In this document: positions 55,442-64,000 of the stretch, in pieces
How positions within the stretch are numbered: position 1 is the first letter of the stretch
Layout of the letters: the number at the start of each line of letters is the position of its first letter
NCBI GenBank assembly: GCA_964016885.1
Contig: OZ024758.1
Span: 20,150,001 to 20,214,000, forward strand
Direction: 5' to 3'
Length of the DNA: 64,000 nucleotides
Source of the DNA: Eledone cirrhosa
Lineage: Eukaryota
Notes under the pieces: model-generated
Seen by the model: only the letters and a program-made list of their open reading frames with translations
Databases searched by the model: none
What the model was told of the DNA's origin: nothing
Made by a program: the position numbers and the translations under genes

Positions 55442-56426
55442 GTGTGTATGTATATATCAGATATATCAGATATGAATTCGAAATATATTTAGTAATTGAC
55501 AAATAACTATTAACATTGCACTGAATGACATTGGTTAACGAGTGTTTCAAATGTGATTACTTTGTTAGTATGTACGAATCTTCAATTTAGCGTATTACAC
55601 GTTGTCAATGGCCATGTCCTGCATTAACATATAGTGTTTGATAAATCACACAAAACCTACCACTACGACGAATAGTGGAGTCGTGTCATTAGTTCTTACC
55701 AGGAAATGAAATTGAATGTAACTGAACCAATGCTTTGATGTTTACGGTTAATCAGAAATGAGTTTCACTGCAGGAAGTTTGGCAGCCAAAAGTACACACC
55801 AATATATACATAGGTCATAAACTTAATACTATAAATGTACATTTCTCATTAAAAGCAGTACTTCTACAGATCCTTTTAAACTTCTGTATTAGTTCATTAT
55901 ATTTTACATGTTTTTGTTATGAAAAAGTATCATGTTGAATTCCATAATAGGTAATAGAAAAACAACAACCCGATATATATGTAGGCACTGATAAGATATT
56001 AAGCAATGACTAGCAATATATGGAAACATTTAAAATAAATATAGCTTTTGTCAAAAGCGTAGGAAATACTTTTTTAATGTTTAAATGCTTCATAATTAGG
56101 CAATTGCAACATACGTACTATTTTTGTTGGAACACGAATTGTCAGCAGCGTAATTATTGTTTTATAGTCTTTGGTTAGATTGGATTATTTTTAGAAGAAA
56201 TACAAAGGCATAATCATTTGGCAAGAGAACGCTGTGACACATATACCGATCTCAAAGTCAGATGCAGTATACGTGATATTCAAACGATTGAAGAGTAAAT
56301 AGAATGCTTGTTGCGTCGTCTTTTAAGTAGGCCACCATTTCATTAAGAGATACTGTTATTTTCTAAAGTACAAGAGTACTCACACGTAGACAAATGCAGA
56401 CTCCCGATACATATATGAAATATGAA

Positions 56427-56700
<274 letters not shown>

Positions 56701-56711
56701 TATATATATAA

Positions 56712-56793
<82 letters not shown>

Positions 56794-56819
56794 TAAAATG
56801 ACAGATTAAAGTTTAAGCA

Positions 56820-56862
<43 letters not shown>

Positions 56863-57423
56863 GTGTGTGCCTGTGTCTGTGGGTGGGTGCTAATAATTTG
56901 CAGCATATAACATAATTAGAACGCCTAATGCATGTATGATAGTAGTGAAAGAACATAACATTATTTATATCAACTTATTAAATACAGTTACCCATACTAT
57001 TACACTTTGCTTACGTTATATGAATCAGATATTACAATGATCATATGTAATTATGAAATCATCATCTCAGATACAATAGAGATGCGTTATAGAGCACTTA
57101 TTTATAAGTGCAATTTCAAATTCTCTGAATTGCAATTGTTCACGAGTATTTATAAATAAACGATAAAGGTTCGTAATTAGAATGGAACCCACGCATCAAA
57201 TTATTCAGGTATAGGCTTTTAAGTATAGCAATAAAAGCATACCCTATTCATATAGATAGATGCGTGTGTGTGTTTGTTTGTTATTGGGTGTGTGTCTTCG
57301 TGCGTATGCATAGATTTAAGTAACATATATTATTTAATCAATGATCGCATCCAGTTTTATAATGTCAGTTCCATAATCTTTTCGCCTCCGTCACACTCTC
57401 TCGTTCTTCCCACACGTATGTAT

Positions 57424-57509
<86 letters not shown>

Positions 57510-57598
57510 GTATATGTGTATATATATATGTATATGTATGTATATATATATATATGTATATATATGTATGTATAAGTATATATATCTATGTTTATGTA

Positions 57599-57670
<72 letters not shown>

Positions 57671-58255
57671 AGTGTGTGTGAATCCATGCATGTACATACA
57701 CACATAAACACACTCACATGTATATATATATATATATATTATATATATATATATATATATCTCAGCGTGTGGGCATATATTTCTATCAGTTTGTCACATG
57801 GTCTATCATATATGCATAAGCTTTAAATTTATACTGCTGAAGATATACATAAATATACATAGATATATATATTCATGGTTAAGTTGAAATGTATATATGT
57901 AAATGTGTGTAGTATGCGTTGTTGTTACAACGCATACAACACAATATGATGAGGACATAAATAAATAAAATCATTACCATCAAATAACAACAGCAAAATA
58001 AATCAAAATTCTATATCAAAAGAAGAACACGTGAAAGAAGAAAAATTATATGAAATATAAAGAGTTACCATGAAAGCTATCTGGCTTTGACAATCTCTGT
58101 TTAAAATGTTATTACTTTTCATCACTAAAAAACAATTAGGCAACATTATATTTCATTTCATTTTCCATTTTAAATGCTATCGCTATAAATAATACTATCA
58201 ATGTAAATTTACTAATACATATATACATACATACATATATATATATCTATAGGTT

Positions 58256-58297
<42 letters not shown>

Positions 58298-58360
58298 GAT
58301 ATACATATACAGTTACATAAGCATGTATTCCTCAATGCATTTATAAAAAACATAATTTTT

Positions 58361-58442
58361 ATATATGCATATATATGTACATATATATAGGCATGTACGT
58401 CTTACTACATTTATAGAAACATAAATATGTGAATATATATAA

Positions 58443-58531
<89 letters not shown>

Positions 58532-58532
58532 T

Positions 58533-58565
<33 letters not shown>

Positions 58566-58631
58566 TATTCACATATTTATGTTTCTATAAATGTAGTAAG
58601 ACGTACATGCCAATATATGTGTACATATATA

Positions 58632-58640
<9 letters not shown>
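58361..58640. repeat. Inverted repeat centred on a (TA)n tract
   Basis: The 46-bp arm ggcatgtacgtcttactacatttatagaaacataaatatgtgaata (58390-58435) is the exact reverse complement of 58566-58611. Confidence 0.9.
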
Positions 58641-58692
<52 letters not shown>

Positions 58693-58881
58693 GTGTGTGT
58701 GTGTGTGTTGTATATATAATGTTGTATATTATATTTTTTATGTCCCTAGCATTCATAAATGAATGGACATTATAATACTGATGTGTCTATGTATCGTTGC
58801 GTATCTCTGCATGCCTGCATCTGTTTTAAGTTTGTATGTATACATGTTTGTTTGTAAGCATTCATATACATATATGTGTAT

Positions 58882-58918
<37 letters not shown>

Positions 58919-59376
58919 TGTAACTACATCTCAATATATATATACATTCATGTATATATACACTTCTACATAATAGTAATGGGGAAATTACTCCAAGTAT
59001 GATAACGCTATGGAAATTTATTTGATAATCACCAACATAACCTGTGATCAAAAGGATGCGATTAAAAATCGAGATATAATTGATATGAAAGGAAAATTAT
59101 GAAAGCGAAATTTTATATTGATGATATCATTGTCCATGAAAATAATCATGATCAATATTCAGAATGGAACTATTCATAGGAATCGATAAAGAATTATGTA
59201 TTCCTATTTATTAGGGAAGTGAATTATTTTCTTATATAAAATGGAAAATGAAATAGAGAAATGTGTATGTATATTTATTCTTAAATACATATGTTACATA
59301 TGTATAAACGCATACGATTATACGCAAACATAGAGCAGTATACCCCTATCATACGCTACATACACGTTCTCTTAGA

Positions 59377-59422
<46 letters not shown>

Positions 59423-59479
59423 GCACACACATTATATATATATATGTATACATATGTTAACTGTAAACATAAATAACAA

Positions 59480-59712
59480 CACGATCGGTACACTATATAG
59501 AAGGGATATATTAGGTTAACGCTTGAAATAGCTTGGAAGAGTCTCTTAACGTTTCGAGCGGTAGTCTTTCATCAGCAGAAATAATTAGAAATAAGATAGA
59601 TTGAGGGGACGAGCGGGTTGGCATTGGAAAATTACAGGTCCATTCCATATATATATGGAAAATTACAGGTTCATATATAAAAATTACAGGTCCAATCCCG
59701 TTGGCATCACTT
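59480..59712 (-). mobile_element. PLE-terminus-like fragment, family G, with hammerhead core at 59544-59579
   Basis: Minus strand reads ucug CUGAUGA aagacuaccgcuc GAAAC GUU aaga. Shares gggatatattaggttaacg and gaaataagatagattgaggggacg with 2851-3060. Confidence 0.6.
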
Positions 59713-59728
59713 TATATATAAATATATA

Positions 59729-59792
<64 letters not shown>

Positions 59793-59803
59793 AATATATA
59801 TAG

Positions 59804-59916
<113 letters not shown>

Positions 59917-60021
59917 TATAAATATTTACTCTTGAATGGCCAGAGGTCTTTATTTCTATGTACCTTATGAATTTGACTTTCCGTATTTATTACTGTTGTG
60001 AAATATTGTGGCTTTTTTTGG

Positions 60022-60440
60022 TTGTAACTTCTCTGTTTTTTAGCCTAGGAAAATATATATATATATATATGCCTACGTATATAATTACATGCATATATGT
60101 ATTTATTTTCTTTTATTAATTGAGTTCTTTACACGAGGAATTAATATTGGTTTATATATAATATTGGTTTAAACCGCGTGTGGTTTATATTTTACTCTTA
60201 ATAATTCGGCCGAAGAATTATATTCCCATTTGCCCTTTATAGCATAACTTTCTGCATTTACTGCGATTATGAGAAGCGGTTCTTATTCGGGTACAACTTC
60301 TGATTTAGCCTAAGAAAATATCTATATGCGTGTGTAATTTATACAAGCATATATTTATTTTTTTATTTTCAATTGAGTTCTTAAACACGTTGGATTGATA
60401 ATGTTTTCAAAAAAACTAGTTAACCCGCGTGTATATTATT
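60022..60440. repeat. Old degenerate tandem duplication, period ~270 bp
   Basis: aacttc...tttagccta(g/a)gaaaatat...aattgagttctt(t/a)...ccgcgtgt occurs twice, starting at ~60026 and ~60295. Confidence 0.6.
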
Positions 60441-60927
60441 ATTTTTTACCTCATTTCGTGGGTTGTCTCCCCTTCTCGCTTCGTGTCGCTATGATACTTC
60501 CTCAGTCAAAAACTGCTGGAATTTCAAATTTAGCGGTCATTCGAGGTGGGAAAGACCAACTTTACGGACATGATTTTTGACAGCGGTAAGAAATTGTTTT
60601 CTTATATCAATGTTTAATGGGCTTCCACTGATGATTTATAAGTGCCCACCTAAATATATTCTTACATGAATATATATTAGGCTTCTACATAAACTGGAAA
60701 CATTCTCCCAAACTTGTAGAACACTTATAATGAAACAATTGTTTGGAAAGAGAGATATACTTTAACTTTAATTATATCTCATAAAATAATACAACTGGTT
60801 TTTCCACATTATACATATTGTTAGCACCCCAGACACTTAAATTGGGTTTATATTTTAATATAACCTAATCTTTGTTGAGTGAGATGGTTACCAGTTAGAG
60901 TTTAGCTTTAAACTATCTCTGTTATTG

Positions 60928-61027
<100 letters not shown>

Positions 61028-61170
61028 GTGTGTGTGTGCGTGTGTGTGTGTATGTATTCATGTATGTATGTGTGTATGTTTGTATGTAAAAGATAAGCAG
61101 AAATAACATAATCGTTACACTATATGGAAGAAATATATCAGGTTAATATTCATATTTGTGTATATTGAAC

Positions 61171-61206
<36 letters not shown>

Positions 61207-61605
61207 CATATATATATTTTCTTTATTTATTCATTTATCACTATCTAATTTTATATATGTGTTTATATTTCTTTCTATTATTTTCTATTGTCTCCTCCTC
61301 CCATTTGACTTACTTATTCTATAACTTCCCTCCTCCATTTGCTCCACAATCTTTTGACTTTTTATACACTACCCTTAGAATCTGCTGTATAGATTTCACT
61401 TGGAACGCTTGACCGGCTCCACTCACTCCCTCAATTGTCCTACAGGCAAGTTCAGCCACACCTATCTCCCACCAAATGCCATGACAGACGTATTTGTGCT
61501 TACAACAAATTTGGACCAATCATCTTGACAAATACAATCTTCCCATATACGGAAGTACCCCTTGAAAAGTTCAGCTATTTATTTACCAGGCTAAAAATTC
61601 TAATT

Positions 61606-61746
61606 TAGTCCAGAAATAGCCGTCGAAACGGCTTGAGCTCTGCCGTTGGTGTCATACTTTTTCCTATCACCCACTCTACTACCCTAAGTATTGAGTACTC
61701 TGGTGCGGTATGGCCCATATGGTTCCTTATCACATTCTCTTCGTTA
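61606..61746. mobile_element. Single uninverted full unit of family D (~140 bp)
   Basis: agtccagaaatagccgtcgaaacggcttgagctctgccg...cccactctactaccctaagtattgagtactctggtgc...cttcgtt, followed by (CA)n/(TA)n. Confidence 0.75.
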
Positions 61747-61751
61747 CACAG

Positions 61752-61851
<100 letters not shown>

Positions 61852-62151
61852 GGAGAGTGAGAGGGTGTTATATATATATACACAAATATCTATATATTTT
61901 CAGGACTTTGCTTGCTCAACTGTTAATTGTTCGGATACGTGGTATTATTACAAATCATACAACTTGTTCAAATTATGTAGAAGGATGCGCAATAATTTAG
62001 ACCTCGTACCTCTTTGGGGAAATCCGACATTACCCTATTCAAATTTGCCAGTATCGATGACATTATTGCGACCGAATGCTGACAAACATTCCCAACAATT
62101 CTTTTTATGATTAAACGTACACGGTAATGTGGACTGCGAATATGTTCATTA

Positions 62152-62620
62152 AAATATCAACGTGCTGTCCTCACTCTTGTATGGAAGTGAAACATGGCAC
62201 CTTAAAACCAGCCAAGAGAAGAAGTTGGACGCATTCGATTCCAGATGTCTGCGAAAGATCCTGAGAATTAAATGGAGTGACCATGTAACAAACCAGGAAG
62301 TCAGGAACCGCACCAACCAGCAGCTAGTCTCTTCTACCATCTGCAAGCGACGCCTGGGCTGGTTTGGACATGCGTTGAGACTTCCCCCGGAGAGACTGGC
62401 GAACCAAGTACTTAAATGGAGCCGACAGGGAAGCAGATGGATAGGGCGACCCAATATGAACTGGCGCCAGACATTTGAGAGGGACCTGCGAGCGACAAAC
62501 AGACAATAGCGGGACGCTGTGCAACTGTCTGCTGACCGAACGCGATGGATCACTATGATTGCTCATGCGTCGCAAGACGCGGGAGCTTCTGAGTCCGAGT
62601 CTGAGTTGTATTAAGTCCAA
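62152..62620 (+). mobile_element. 3' fragment of an RTE (BovB-like) LINE
   Basis: NVLSSLLYGSETW...LDAFDSRCLRKILRIKWSDHVTNQEV...RRLGWFGHALR...GRPNMNW, with an in-frame stop and a tandem (CTGAGT)-like 3' tail. Confidence 0.9.
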
Positions 62621-64000
62621 GATTATATCAGCAAATACTTGAAAATCATATTTTAGGGGAATAAAGTATTGAAACTGACAACACCAAAATCCGATTGTGT
62701 AAAATGTTATATTACATGTGAATTCAACGAAGCAGATAGGAATGCGTCCAACAATTGTCCACCATTTTAAATATATTTCGGAGAATCTGACTCATTAAGT
62801 CCTAGAGAAATGATTGTACAATGAAGTGTTTCTTTAAATGCTAAATGCGGTACATTTTTAGAAGTATACTGTCTCAGATGTTTGATATTTCGGTTACGGA
62901 ATTACAAAACAGGTTGCTAGTTCTGGTTTGGCTTAAGCCTTGCAATTCATATGAGGGGAGCTTTTCCAAATCTTATTAACGTTAATCCAGTAAGAAGAAA
63001 GGAGACTCTCGAAACGAGATGCCATTCCATCGAATGGATGCAGCCGAGCAGCTGCAGTTGGTATTCATGTTTATATGACCTGAAGGGATCAACGTGAGCA
63101 TGATGTTTGTGCTGAAGAAAAGAACGCCTCGGAAAGTCTGTGACTTGAAACAAGTTATTGCGAGTATACAAACAACTCTCTAACCAGTAAGATGCTCGAC
63201 TTCACTGTAAACTTATTTCCTTTATCGTCGGCTTTATATATTTATATTGTTGAATGCCATTAACTAATAGTCTAACTATACTGATAGATTTACAACACGT
63301 TACAAAAGATTGAAAATATTTTGTTGTTCACGTTGTTGGTATTGTAGTAACACTATGAGGTTTTGTTGGAAAATCAAATGTCAGCTTATCGATAAGTATC
63401 TTGCCGAAATAGAGTACTTATGTGTGTTACATCCTTTCTTTAGGAGTTGCAATCCGAATTATGACAGTAGGCTTATACTTTTACTGAAATGAGATCTTTT
63501 CAAGGAATATTAATCATAGGGCATGCATTTTTTGATTATTTGTTTTCTATAGAAACATAACGTTACAAAGGTTTCTATTAATCAGTCGAGGATTAATACA
63601 CTGTGGGATTGTTATATCATACTAACAGTGTATTATAGACCTATGTAATTTCATAGAAGGTGAACAATTTGTTTCAGAACGAAGAGAAAATAAGATAATA
63701 GAATTTCATACTGATATATAGTATTAATTTTTCCGGTGATAGAAATATGTTACACATTTAAGGATAAACATATCAACTATTTGTATGTAGTCAGTAATGC
63801 ATTATACCAGAGGTGTTGTTTTGTTGTTTGATCAACCGATATACATGACGAATTTGAGAGATAATACATTTAACCCAACTGGTATTGAACACAGGTCTTT
63901 AATTCTACTTTTATAAACATATAAGTGTACATATGCTTCTTTGACAGTTAGCGTATTACGATTATACTATTATTTGGGCAATCTAAGGTTATAATGAGGT

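Noticed and set aside
61319-61560. GC-richer segment with a short minus-strand ORF (similar case at 62947-63190)
   Set aside because: No recognisable motif or splice context; cannot be assigned without a database search.

Overview
This is very AT-rich, microsatellite-dense, non-genic animal DNA. The SINE repertoire (Nin/Deu-domain and CORE-domain tRNA-derived SINEs) resembles octopod cephalopod genomes; that taxonomic call is an inference. I can support no host protein-coding gene, and most ORFs in the track are translations of (TA)n, (GA)n, (CA)n or similar repeats. Recognisable content: about 30 copies or fragments of a Nin-domain SINE, often in tandem or inverted clusters; about 5 CORE-SINEs; three 5'-truncated RTE-clade LINE remnants; and one non-autonomous Helitron. 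The main signal is a set of at least 6-7 unrelated short (<500 bp) non-coding element families that sit inside (TA)n tracts. Several share one architecture: (TA)n - unpaired tail - arm - inverted arm - (TA)n, with a tail length fixed per family. Several carry minimal type I hammerhead ribozymes with intact cores, as known from Penelope-like element (PLE) termini. Two families have a conserved non-canonical motif in place of the hammerhead. Separately, there are palindromes centred on (TA)n and repeated SINE insertion at the same site. All pairings and alignments were read by eye.
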